From an uncultured Clostridia bacterium (GTDB lineage Bacteria > Bacillota > Clostridia > Oscillospirales > Butyricicoccaceae), in assembly GCA_945947915.1 (NCBI GenBank), contig CAMEZQ010000001.1, positions 31,493 to 95,492 of the forward strand: a DNA stretch of 64,000 nt, written 5' to 3'. The notes under the pieces are model-generated. The model was not told the origin of the DNA and did no database searches. It saw only the letters and a list, made by a program, of their open reading frames with translations. Positions 63,951-64,000 of the stretch are shown piece by piece. How positions within the stretch are numbered: the first letter of the stretch is position 1; each line of letters starts with the position of its first letter. The position numbers and the translations under genes are program-made.

Positions 63951-64000
63951 CTAATCGTTGCCGTAGTCGAATTGGCTGCTGATGGCCTGCAGCCGGGCGG
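63951..64000 (-). CDS. 3' end of an unidentified minus-strand CDS running off the window
   Basis: Open frame ...ARLQAISSQFDYGND-stop (TAG complement at 63951-63953) with GC3-rich codons. Too short to identify. Confidence 0.3.
   Translation of the reverse strand, partial: ARLQAISSQFDYGND

Overview
This is a 64-kb chromosomal window from a high-GC Firmicute. The gene content looks like Clostridia/Oscillospirales (spoIIID, DUF1540, ylmH, ylxM-ffh-rpsP-rimM-trmD), but that taxonomic call is inference. Coding density is high: I support about 66 CDS. I recognised no rRNA, tRNA, CRISPR array or intact mobile element.

The window opens with a compact dcw-type division/wall cluster (mraY-ftsW-murG-murA-ftsQ-ftsZ). 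The rest is mostly housekeeping:
- the SRP/ribosome-maturation operon
- ung and lgt
- folate/one-carbon genes (5-FCL, glyA)
- two ABC importers and an ABC-F ATPase
- an OmpR/HK two-component system next to a processive GT2 synthase
- assorted hydrolases and regulators

The most unusual locus lies directly downstream of ftsZ. An orphan 405-aa HTH protein is followed by a 937-aa protein. The N-terminal ~95 residues of the 937-aa protein look like a copy of the FtsZ C-terminal domain. This is fused to a Hanks-type kinase, a ~170-aa unknown region and a roughly 6-TM membrane domain.

Other items worth a second look:
- an operon of two G3E/COG0523-type GTPases, one with a 5-unit CSCGHHH(E/D)H repeat array and one with a DUF1980-like CC-motif C-terminus
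- an Lgt fused in frame to a CPHC thioredoxin-fold domain that also has its own internal SD+ATG
- a lipoprotein with a beta-lactamase fold whose catalytic motifs are all substituted
- an AT-rich, frame-broken gene relic between ung and lgt
- phased CTTAAG direct repeats in the GT2/two-component divergent promoter

The many long ORFs antisense to real genes are GC-driven shadow ORFs and were rejected. All family assignments come from reading motifs by eye; no database search was run.
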